NCBI GenBank assembly: GCA_965645245.1
Contig: OZ287068.1
Span: forward strand, 992,001 to 1,056,000
Length of the DNA: 64,000 bases
Source of the DNA: Massalongia carnosa
Taxonomy: Eukaryota
Direction of reading: 5' to 3'
Under the pieces are notes generated by a model. That model was not told where the DNA came from and did no database searches. It saw only the letters and a list, made by a program, of their open reading frames with translations. This document shows positions 38,345 through 49,628 of this stretch, piece by piece (position 1 is the stretch's first letter; each line of letters opens with the position of its first letter). The position numbers and the translations under genes are program-made.

Positions 38345-38707
38345 TTGAATCGCTATCCGTTAAGGTCCTAAATTTAGTTTCTTAGGCAGCTTCAAATTTC
38401 TAACCGTCAGTTTACATTTATTGTTCATCCAGTCTGCTGTAGGTACAAACTACTCAGCATCAGCTGGTCAAAATCATCTAACGGACATTGTAGTAAGACT
38501 GAGAGTCAGCCATATCCATTACAAAAAACATTAGGATGGATGGTGTCAGGAAGGTACACTCAACATCCACACGCACTAAAGTGTGGTGATCCGGAGCTAG
38601 ATGCAGGTACTAGCTAAGTATAGTTAATCCGGGCCGAGATCCTCGATGAATGTTTAAGGTGCAATTTTCAATTTCCATGCTCTGTAATCCTAGGAAAGAA
38701 AGACAAA

Positions 38708-39199
38708 ATGGCTGTTAGTTCACATGATATAGTACAATCATATCGCCAGATATATCGGCATGCCTTGCATGCTGTACGATATGCAGTTCCGGCTCGATAT
38801 ACTGTGAGAGAGGAGTTGCGACAGGCCTATCGCACTGCGTTGGTCTCGAGCTTCAATGCGCAGAAAATTGATAATACCGTGGAATTTCTTGCCAGTGCTG
38901 CAGAAGAGACCGGTACAGCACACAAGGTCTTGAAGACATTAATTCATGTCTGGTGGTGGCAACGAGAAAACCCTACCCATCAGTAATTACAGCTTTGCGT
39001 ACTTCCTTGAAAGGAACTGATAGTGTTTAGCCAATATGCAATAAGCACAAGAGAGCAAGCAGTCCGCAAGAATGTATTTCAGCATTTCAACGTTACGGTC
39101 AAAATGCTGAACGAAAGCATGGGCTTGTGTTTACCAGACAGAGATATATTATATGTACGGCAGGGGAATGTTTCCCGACAAACAGTGTTTGGAGCCTAA
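38708..39199 (+). CDS. Small LYR-like (DUF1763-type) putative mitochondrial protein
   Basis: SYRQIYRHALHAVRYAVPARY...LRQAYR, KIDNTVEFL..AA; intron ~38983-39030; second exon ...MLNESMGLCL. Confidence 0.65.
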
Positions 39200-39316
39200 T
39201 CAGCTATTGTATTGGTCGTTCTCCTGCTCGTAAGTCATTTGGTTTGCCTTTATATTGCATCTATAACGAACATATGTGTTGTATGCTATATGATCCCGTA
39301 TATGCCTTTCTACCGG

Positions 39317-40057
39317 TCAAGCCCCTTTTAACTCATATCGAAGGTCTTCTAACTCTGAAATATCCGTAGCTTCCATGTTCCGTTTTGCAATTACAGTAAG
39401 TGAGAAAACAGCTGCCAAAGTCAGCTGGTGAAGACATCATGACAAGAGGCTGCACTGCTCACCAGCAGGCAAAATGCAAAGCAGCCAGAAACCTTCATGG
39501 ACACTTTTTTTGCCTTTGAGACTCAACGCATTTAAGGCAATAAGCATGGTCAATCCTCCGTTCAGGTAACCGAGATATTGGCGGACTGGTCCAACCTTGG
39601 GTTGAAAGATTAGCCTGGCCTGTTTACGAGGTACGGACTTAGGGCGGGCATTCGGTATCAACTTGAGAATATAGGCCGTATAAAGGAGGGACGATATGCT
39701 TAGTAGGCATATCAATTTTGCTTGGAGTATTCGTGAAGTGAATAATGCTGGGAGAAATGTTGCAGCTGAGCTTAATGAGATTGCTAGGAAGATTCGCTGC
39801 CTAGGCTTAGAAAAAATTTCAAATGTATCCACTCGAAAAGGATCTAGGGAACCTTGAATAGTTCGATTTGTTTGTTGTCTTCCTTGCGAAGCTCTAGGAT
39901 AAGCTTTTCCTGCTCTAAAATCATTTTAAGCAAGATTTCCACTTGCGCTGTAGTAAATAGGTATCAAATTACCTTCCTCGTCGAGTACGCCAGTGTCGTC
40001 TTCATCGCTGTCATTAGGGGGATATTTGGAAGTTCTACGTAACCTTGCCGTCGACAT
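39317..40057 (-). CDS. Conserved fungal multi-pass membrane protein of unknown function
   Basis: MSTARLRRTSKYPP...LDEE|EQEKLI..., several TM segments, ends LEDLRYELKGA*. Three introns. Confidence 0.75.
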
Positions 40058-40204
40058 TAGCAAGTACATATTGAGTCCAGACTCGCAGTCATGATGATAC
40101 TTCATCGCTTAAAATAGGTCTCTTATAAATACCTATGCGATCCGTCCACTAACCCAAAAACCGCTACAATCCCGACAACTCAGATCAAAATTAAATATAT
40201 CACC

Positions 40205-40870
40205 ATGATATCACGTTCCTTGAAATTCAATGCTTCACTCTACCCTTCATCATTCCGCTGTCAGCTCAAATTTCCTCTTCGCCGCACGTTGATCGCTGCG
40301 CCTACAAGGTCCTCCGGTCCTCTCATGACGCGCCGTTCTGATAGGGCACTTCCCGCGCTCCCTTCCTCAACACGCATGTGGTTCCGTACGCTTCCTACAT
40401 TCATCTTCCTCATCACCGCTTCGGCTCTAGCTATTTTCAATTACCAGAAAGCCTCATCATCAATCGTTAGTTCCACGCTGTATGCATTACGCACGAGTGA
40501 GGCCGGTAGGAGGGAGCTTGGCGATGAGATATACTTCCGGGACAAGTTCCCATGGATATGGGGGGAAATGAATCAGTTACACGGGAGGATAAACATCTGT
40601 TTTGGGGTCAAGGGAACAAAAGGCAAGGGACTGATGAGGTTCAGGAGTATAAGAAAGACGAGGATGGGCTACGTAGGTTTTCTTGCGCCCTCGGTCCCTC
40701 TTTCGGAAACTAGCTATTTGGTTGCATAAATACTTATTGGTATGGCTTTATAGTTCTATACCCAGGAATGGAGTTTGGAGACAGAAGATGGGCGAGTGAT
40801 ACAACTTCTGGACGAGGAGAGGGCGGATCCATTCAAGAACACGTCGCTACAGGCAGAAGCTAAATCATAG
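40205..40870 (+). CDS. COA1: Cytochrome c oxidase assembly factor Coa1
   Basis: Mitochondrial presequence, TM, FNYQKASSSIVSSTLYALRTS...LGDEIYF...PWIWGEMNQLHGRINI.F.VKG; second exon FYTQEWSL. Confidence 0.88.
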
Positions 40871-41304
40871 AAGAAAATAATTCTTTGCGTGATAGCCTCT
40901 CTGTTCGACAACTCATCCTAAGCCGTTTTTTTTTTACAAAAGAGCTGAGGCGAGTATAGTGTCAGGTATTCTAGGCATTCTAGAGATATGAGCGCACTTG
41001 TATACTGGCCATGAATACGGCTATCGTCTCTGTTAGAAGGGATGGCTGCTATTGGAATGAAAGATGATAATGCAAGTTTATAATTGCCTAACACAGGAAT
41101 CCTCACACAAGTCCTCCTAAACTTCTATTCAATATGAAGTTCGTATCGCCGGATAAAGACTTCAGTACAACCTGATAAAGTTTCATCTGCAGTGTAATGG
41201 TCTCATATGTATCAATGGCTAGGAAAAAAGTTTTTCCGTGACCAGGCTGTGAATTGGCGTCATTACTTCGAAACTTCAATCGTAAGCTTCTGACATATCG
41301 CAAT

Positions 41305-42248
41305 ATGGCAACCATAAATAATTGCTATCTACAGCTTCCTCCATCATTTCTGGTTCCTCGATTGATATTCCATTATGTCTCCAAACGTGGCATCAAATCT
41401 ATATCACGGCCTCGACAAAATCGATTCAATCAAAGTCCTGCCCTGCCACTCCTGGAGACAGCCACAGCAGCTGCTCTCAAGCGGAAAGCTTTCACAACCC
41501 CTTTACGCACTGGGGCATTAGCAATAAAAAAAGGGATGATGGCCATGTACGATACTGATACGGGGCGACGATACCCATGCACCGTTGTGCAGTTAGACCG
41601 TGTTCAGGTAGTGTCACACAAGACTAGAAAAGAGAACGGATATTTTGCTGTTCAAGTTGGATGCGGCTGGAAGCATCCAAGCAATGTTACTCGGCCCTTG
41701 TTGGGACACTTCGCGGGTAATCAGGTCAGCCCTAAGAGGCATCTAGCTGAATTCAAAGTCCGGGATGAAACAGGCTTGCTGGGGGTGGGAGAACTGATTG
41801 GAGCTTCTTGGTTCAAAGAAGGGCAGTTTGTCGACGCAAGAGCAAACTGTAGGGGAATGGGATTTGCAGGAGGTATGAAGAGGTGGGGGTTCAAAGGACA
41901 GCCGGCGTCTCACGGTGTATCGTTGACCCATCGATCAATGGGTTCCGCTGGTCAGTCTCAAGGTGGTGGCTCGAGGGTATTACCTGGAAAGAAAATGGCA
42001 GGACGCATGGGAGGTCAGCAAGTTACAACTCAAAACGTTAAGGTTATGAAGGTTGATGAGGAGAAGGGGATAGTAATATTAAATGGTATTCACTTGCTAA
42101 TTCAGCTGTGGGGATAATCGCTCTAATAAAACCTTTAGGCTGTATAGCGGGGCCAGATGGATGTTTGGTCAAGTTATCGGATGCTATCAAGAAGCCATGG
42201 CCGACAATTCCGATGTCCCCAGCCCTAGCGGAGACTCCTGGTGAATAG
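41305..42248 (+). CDS. MRPL9: Mitochondrial ribosomal protein uL3m
   Basis: RTGALAIKKGM, YFAVQVG, GMGFAGGMKRWGFKGQPASHGVSLTHRSMGS, RVLPGKKMAGRMG. One intron near the 3' end. Confidence 0.95.
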
Positions 42249-43239
42249 TTACAATCAGACTCTTTGAGTTAGGAACACAATGACTCCGACTTCTTTTTTA
42301 TGTTCAATCACCATCACTGCTGGTGCTGACATGCTAAATATTATTCTTCTAGCTACTAAACATGCGAATAAAACTTCAAACGGAAGGCATTTTGCATGGA
42401 TTTCAAAGACACAAGCGCTTCCAGTAGTTGCGGGCACAATTTGACAGGTATCCAAGTCTTAACTGGTGAAAAACGAGGACCTGTGGCTTGCCCAAGAAAA
42501 CTCCTTTGTGCGTGGGCTTAAAATGCTAGTTTACTGCTGAAGAATGTCTAAATTCAAAGTTTTACGGGGTGTACTACTGATGCAATCATACCCTAATATT
42601 TCTGCCCAGCGTTGATCTCTTCTTAGATACCATATATATACTTACTTGATGTCTCGATTAATTAGTAGCCTTCAAAAATATTAGAAACTACGCTTGAACA
42701 TAGATAGCAGACAAACTTCTAAGAAATTTCCAAGTAATCAATATGAAGTTGAAGGCTGGTTTGCCTCCTTAGCTATTTCGTAAAACTTGTTGCTTTGAAG
42801 AAAGCACTCGGCTCAACTACGTTATGTTCGGCAGCTAACGGAAAGGTTTACGATCCCGTGTCTAGAGCAGAAATGTATGGGCTATGAAATAAGGAGTTAA
42901 CCATAGATGAAGTAAAATATGATTTGAAATTCTTCACGTTGTGACCATGCATGAAGGCGGATGAATGCTGGCAGCCACAGAATGCTGTAGGGCTGTATCT
43001 GCAGTCCTCGTATTTCCGTTCCTCCCGTTGGTTGAGGGGCTCTTTTAGAGCCGGAAAGAGTTAAGGTAAAATTATATTTGTCTCCCTAGGGCCTTAGCCT
43101 GCCTCTAGTCATCTCTTTCAATCTCACCAAGTCACAACTCTCACCATCCCATATACGATTGTCGATTCCTCCACCACCACGGCGCGTTGTCCGTCTTCAC
43201 GGAACGATGTGCCAGCAGCTTTTTGTATGATTCTGATTC

Positions 43240-43295
43240 TTATCCTCGTACAATAAGCACGCTGGGTATTATCCTCGTACAATAAGCACGTTGGG
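43240..43295 (+). repeat. Tandem duplication, 27-bp unit x2 (period 29, 1 mismatch)
   Basis: TTATCCTCGTACAATAAGCACGCTGGG / TTATCCTCGTACAATAAGCACGTTGGG. Confidence 0.93.
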
Positions 43296-43553
43296 CAAGT
43301 TCTTATTCCTGGTTATTTGGCGGCGTTTACTGGGACACGAAAACTCCGTTCTGAGACGCCAATGCGACTAAGGAGGCCTCAACCAACAAGCCCTGAAGAA
43401 TCGCACACTCACACCACAAGTCACATCGTTCTCTATTATTTATTCGCTCGCTCTTTTTCACATTTACGTTTATATTATTCATAATCTACCTACTATCATT
43501 TAAAGAAATTCTCGTCGCACCAAATTCTCGTCTTTCGGCGAAACGTGATCAAG

Positions 43554-44814
43554 ATGGGCAATACAACAGGTATATTGGCTCCTTAACTAGTGGGATGAAG
43601 ACTCATACGTGATAGTTATCTCTGTTCCTGGGTTTACAAGTACCTCGACGGCATTCTCTTTTCCTTCCCTTACGCCTCCCTCGAGCTCCCCGCCTTCCTC
43701 TACGTTTATCCAGCAGCAACCAAGCTCATCACAACCACAACCCAATACACCACCTACTAGTACTTCAGCACCCTTACCTACAGCCACAATACCAGAATCA
43801 CCAGCGTCCACTGAACTTCTTGTCCTAGTCACTCCCTCGAGTAATGATCCAAACCCATCCACATATTTTATTACACGCACCCAGTCCATTGCGCCCCTCC
43901 CCACAGCATCAACTCCACGATCTTCTGCAACCCAACCTTCATCATCAATCTCATCAAATGCCGCTGCTCTTGCAACCCCGTCAGCAAATCCGTCGGCAAG
44001 CTCCGGAGGAATGTCTCCAGGTGGTAAAATCGCTGTTGCTGTCGTCGTTCCTGTAGCTGCCGTTGCATTAATAGTATTAGCTGCTCTTTTCTTTTGGCGC
44101 AAACGGAAGCAGCGAAAAGATGGAGAAGAACTTCGAAGGAAGGAGGTGGAGGAATATGGCTTCAATCCTAATGATGATCCAACACTTCCAGCAATAGGTG
44201 TAGCCAGCAGCAATGAGGATGGGCCTTCGAATATGAAAGAAAAGGATGGCGCGGGCTACCGAGGATGGGGTACAACTACAAACCCTCGCAAACCATCCGG
44301 TACCCTATCTACTGGAAATGGACCAATTGGCATAGCCAGATCTGACAGCGGGAGTAATCCGGGTGGATACCCGGCTGGCTCACCAACCGGGGGTGCTGCA
44401 CATAACTCTGACGTGCAATCCGGAGATCCGTTAGTCAGTAGCCCAACGCATGCGCGACCCGGAACCGCCGACTCAGAAACAATTGGAGCTCTCGGTTCAG
44501 CGCCTGCTGCTTTGGGAAACCGGCAGGATCGAGACATTCATAGAGGGCCTTCAAACGCTTCATCCGCTTACTCGGGGGGGCATCGATCCGATTCATCTGA
44601 AAACGGTCTTTCAGGCACCACCTCTGGTCAACACTACTACAATGACGGTCTCTATTTCGATGATGGGATGCCCCAACATGGGCCTTACGGCGATGGAAGT
44701 TACAGCGGCGGGCAGCCTGTAATCCGGGATGTCCAGGCTCGCAGAAACACCAGAATTGAGAATCCTACTGTTTTCCCTCAACAAGCAAACGCAGGAATAG
44801 CTCAAAATTTCTGA
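43554..44814 (+). CDS. Ser/Thr/Pro-rich single-pass membrane protein (cell-surface sensor-like)
   Basis: Probable ATG 43554 plus a short intron into the 43609 ORF. S/T/P-rich ectodomain, TM IAVAVVVPVAAVALIVLAALFFW, RKRK stop-transfer, tail ending VIRDVQARRNTRIENP...IAQNF. Start position uncertain. Confidence 0.78.
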
Positions 44815-45719
44815 AACTGTCAAAAAGTCTTCCATCGTTAGCGGCGTGCTTTTTATTCCTCTGGATTGAACAAAAGGTCGATCAGTCTAGAATGAGATAA
44901 ATACTTTGTGACTTTCGCAAACGCAGTTTCATTAAAGCCATTACATGGTTTCAGGCGTGGTATTTATGGACGGATGGACTCCCTGCGATATTTTAATCAG
45001 ATCGAGCTTTTCATTTTGCTTAAGCATCTAACCAAACATGTGGCTCCCTATTTTTTTTTGCAACAGCTTTGTTTCTCTTGCTCTCGTTATCAGGCAAATG
45101 TTTCCAAAAAGAACATGATAAAGGATCTTATTTGGATCTAGGGGGGGGGGGCTTTCTAGCTGCGTCTTACGTGTAGATAGAATACCTATCAAACCCCCAT
45201 TCCTGATTCTGGTGCCATGATACCTTATATAGCTATGGGAGGGGTTCCGGCGAGAAAGCGGAAATCGCAGACACGTACGGTGTAGGAATGCCTCTCGGAA
45301 CGGAGTTTGCGGCATGTACTGAGTAACTAAGCCCGAGTACAGAGAATTGCCAGGGAAGCAGCTCTAACGGAGTGCTCTGTAGAAAAGAAATCCCTAAGAC
45401 TAAGAGGAGAAGACGACTGCGGGTAACCGTTAGCGGTATCAAGTACCGAAGCCCCAAGACTTTTCTCAACGTGCTCGGATTCCACCGCATGATTGGCGAG
45501 AATCAACATTCACAAACGACCTTTCACGGACGCACATACCGAAACATTTTCCCCACACCCCGCAAGTTCGTTCGATTGAGTTTCTTTTGATTAGATAGGT
45601 AGGGACTAGGGAGGTTCTAGATAAGTTCTCTGCGGTCTAAAGTGTATCTGGCTCACCTTGTATGTCCCCAACTCCCCGTTTCCCTTCAGGTCGGCTCTTT
45701 TGGAGCGATACTTACGCCT

Positions 45720-45725
45720 CACGTG
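45720..45725. promoter_or_regulatory. CACGTG E-box (Pho4/NUC-1-type site) upstream of nuc-2/PHO81
   Basis: CACGTG ~213 bp upstream of the start; a second CACGTT-type site (AACGTG) at 45468-45473. Confidence 0.45.
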
Positions 45726-45937
45726 TCGATCAAAAGTCTGGAGTGGTAGCAACCCTTGACAACTCCTGTTAACTCTCGTCCATTTTGGCCTTCCTGGGCG
45801 AGATCATGCTTTTTTCCTGTCGTTTCGCTTTTTGATAATTTCTTCGTCTCCTCATCTTTTACTTCAGCCAACTTTTCCTCTTCTCTTTTCGCCAGCCTGG
45901 GAGGCAAGCAGTACACGATACCCTTACAACACCTACC

Positions 45938-48900
45938 ATGTATGTAGGATTTCTATGAGCTTTATTGCACCTCACGGCATCTCTTTCCAATTGGCCTGAT
46001 CCAAGTATTGGGATCCAATATGGAGCCTAATTGGAAGCTTAACCCACAGGAAGTTTGGTAAATACCATCAGAAGCGGCAGCTGGACATTCCGGAGTATGC
46101 GGCAAGTTTCGTGAACTATAAGGCTTTGAAGAGGGTCTGTACGTGTAGCAAGTGAGAAAGGAACACCATGGCTAATACAGTAGTAGCTCATCAAGCAGCT
46201 GAGCGCGACGCCCACTCTCCTTGCACAAAATGCCACGAATCCAGCGTCCGAGGTGCTCGATCCTCAAGCATCGTTACAAGCAAATAAAGCAACATTTTTC
46301 TTCAGACTAGTAAGGTTTGCAATGCCGACCATCGGTGATGCTCACCAAGCTTATCACCGGTTAGGAACGAGAGTTGGAGAGAGTGAACGCGTTCTACCTT
46401 CAGAAGGAGGCCGAGGTTGGTTCGTTGGTTCGTTAGTCCTAAACGATTGCTCATCGTTGAGCAGCTTAAACTTCGCCTAAAAACTTTGCTTGACAAGAAG
46501 AAGGTTATGCAAGCACGAAGCATTACAACTTCCAAACTATCCGCAAGTTTCATAACTCTCGAGGAAGGCTTCCAGCAGTTTGGAAATGATCTTAACAAGC
46601 TGCAAGTACGCGAACGTCAAGGTGGTTCGAACATGTATTCATCAACTCTGCTAAAGGTTAACAGCAATTCGTCGAAATCAATGCTACAGCCTTTTCAAAA
46701 ATCCTTAAGAAAGCAAGTCTTCGTACGTTCTAATAGTATGGTGCAGATTGTTAATACTGTTTAGTGGGATAAAACTTCAAAGGTCCGGTTGTCTTAGAGT
46801 TGTGTCGCTCAGCTTCGGCTGACTCCTTGACAGTCGCGGACCAAAGAATTATACCTATCTCGTGCAGTGGAGGTCCAGCCTTGCTTCAACCGTGATATCA
46901 TCAGTGACCTCTCGGATCAGGCCACAACCAGCCTGCTTGAGTTGGGAGCCTGGGCAGAAGGAGAGAAAATTCAATATGAGTCTGCCCGATCGTCCGAGCG
47001 TACCGTTAGCGGTCAATCTATCGGAACCGATGAGAATGACACAGACTCGCAGATCCTCCAGGCTGCGATTGCTGGGCAGCTAGGGGTGCTTCAGGACTGG
47101 ATTTCCCGACTTAGAGACTCACCGGATGCTCGAGGAAGATTTACAAGAACTTTCTTGGCTGCAATTCCTGAAGCTTCGGAAGAAGCATTAAACATCCTCC
47201 TGGTAAGCGAGTTGGTGGACGTACATGCGGAGGATGAGATAAACGAGAGGAACTGCCTTCACGAGGCTGCCATTTCCGGCAGAGAGCTTGTACTTGACAT
47301 TGCTTTGAAGAGCGACGTTGACGTATCCCGAGTGGATGTCTATGGGAGGATTCCGCTTCACTACGCTTGTATGCATGGCCATGTTGGAATGGTACGAACG
47401 TTGCTCAACAAGGATCCTGCAACAGTGAATGAGTTGGATCACGATAATTTCACACCACTAATTCACGGAATTGTTCATCACCAAATAGCTTGCGTTGAGC
47501 AACTCCTGACGCGTGGTGCCCGCATTGATCCAGACAATGATGCCGATCATGTCCCTCTAAATCTAGCTTGCCAGCATGGCTCAGCAGCTATTACAGAAGT
47601 ACTACTTGAAAGGAAGGCTAAGATTTTACCAGATGCAGAAGGGCTGTTTCCTCAACATCTTGTTGCACGATCAGGGCGAAATCCGGGCGTACTCCTAACA
47701 TTGCAACACTACGGGGCTGATTTGAACCAGCGCGATAAACTCTATCAATGGACACCCCTCTTCCACGCTGCTGCTGAAGGTCGAGTCGAATGCTTACAAG
47801 CATTATTGGAAGAATCTGTCGATGTGGAGATCCAGGATGAAAAGGGACTTTCTGCTATGTACTATGCGACTTGGGAGGGTCATTTGGAGTGTATGAAGCT
47901 GCTGAGCCCACCAGAGGCTAGATTACAAGTTTTTTCTCGGGCTCTACGATCGTTGGCCTCTCCTCGCTCCGAAACCGCTGGTTCGAGATCGATGGGCTTA
48001 GATACCGATGGGATCCCAGACTTGTCCCTACCACCACCAATTATTCCTCTCCGAAGATATGGCCACAATTTTCTTGATACCAAGACTTTCATCCAGATTA
48101 GTTTTGAAGAAGCAGGCTCAGACGCAATAGCTTTCTATCATGACAGTAAGTATCCAGCTGCCCGTCTGACGATATCTTCGAAGATCTCAGACGTGATCCC
48201 CCGAAACATAATGCTTCCCATCCAAGAGGATTCTAGAATCATTTCCTTTCAAATCGACAACCTTGACTCTTTCACGCTTGATTTTGACATATTTCCTACT
48301 TTTGGCTCAAAGGTCATAGCCAAAAGCGTGGCTCTGCCCAACATATTTCGCGCCATTACCAGCAGCGGGGGCCATTGCTGCCTACCTCTATTCGACCCTC
48401 GACTACGTGCAATTGGCCAAATCAGCTTCAACTTCCAAGTCATCAAACCTTTCCATGGAACTCCACTCGAGATCACGCACTTTGCAACGTACTGGAAGGC
48501 CACAAGTCAGTTAGAATCTCACCCTAGCGCTTTTATCACAGGGTCCAGCTTGACGGGTGAATATGTGCAAATATTTGTCCAGCTGACGAGCGACGGAGTG
48601 CCTGTCATTTATCCACAATGGTCGATAAATCATTATGGGATCGAATTTCCAGTTGGTAGGCTGAGCCTCTCGCAGTTTCTCTCGCTCAGGCGTAACGACG
48701 ATCGTGGCAAGCTTCTGGACAGTTTATGGGGGAAAACTGTGGACGACATTACAAGCATCCATGAGATGCTTGCGACTGCTTTTGTGACGCTTCAGGATGC
48801 ACTAACGTACCTACCTACTAGCATTCACGTTAATATTCAAATTTTGTATCCTACCCCTGGCCAAGAACGAGGATTTGGACTAAGCGGCAGTCTTGACATC

Positions 48901-49628
48901 AATAACTATGCCGATGTAATCCTAGGCGTCGTCTTCAGCCACGCAAGGCTTACCAAAGAGCAAAACCCGGACTTCATGAGATCCATTGTATTCACATCTC
49001 ATAACATCGATATATGTACGGCTTTGAACTGGAAACAACCAAACTGTAATACGCCCCAAAACCGGAAGCATTATCAACGCTAACCAAAACCAAAAAAAAC
49101 TAGATCCTGTACTCTTGTGCAACGATTTAGGGACTAGAAGGGACCCTCAGAATCCTGGTGCTGTGGTAAAAAGCAATGGTCATGGCTCCATCTCGATCAA
49201 AGAGGCAGTGCGAGTTGCCCAGAGTAACAACTTCATGGGACTAGTGTGCAATTCTGGGTTACTAGTAAGTACCACCCAGCGCGAATCCTACAAGAGATGC
49301 GATCCAGAAAATATAGCTTGCCGCTTTTCATATACCAGCAAACGGTCTCCAATCACGACACAACCCCCGTCTGGAGCTTGCCCCTTTTTTCTCTAAGCAT
49401 CCGCTAACCTGCAATTCTCCCTGATAGAACATGGTCCCTGCTCTCATCGAATCCATCAAAGTAGCCGGCCTCGTTCTAGTCACCGATACCTCGGAAGAAT
49501 CTCCACCTCCACGCACCGCTGCAACATTAATGGCTGCGCCACGCCAATCTTACCGCATGCCGGACGGCGTGGATGGGATTCTCAAGGGAAATGGAGTGCT
49601 GAGGTTCAACGATTCTGTTGATATGTAG
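45938..49628 (+). CDS. PHO81: SPX-ankyrin-GDPD-like CDK inhibitor NUC-2/Pho81
   Basis: Spliced N-terminus MKFGKYHQKRQLDIPEYAASFVNYKALK..., FFFRLERELERVNAFY, FVEINATAFSKILKKWDKTSK (SPX). Ankyrin repeats (RNCLHEAA, GRIPLHYAC, WTPLFHAA); LPPPIIPLRRYGHNFL; degenerate GDPD C-terminus. Confidence 0.93.

Noticed and set aside
45938..49628. Calling this gene GDE1 (active glycerophosphodiesterase)
   Set aside because: The N-terminus matches the NUC-2 pattern (QKRQL..PEYAASFVNYKALK) and the GDPD-like domain lacks the catalytic GHRG motif.
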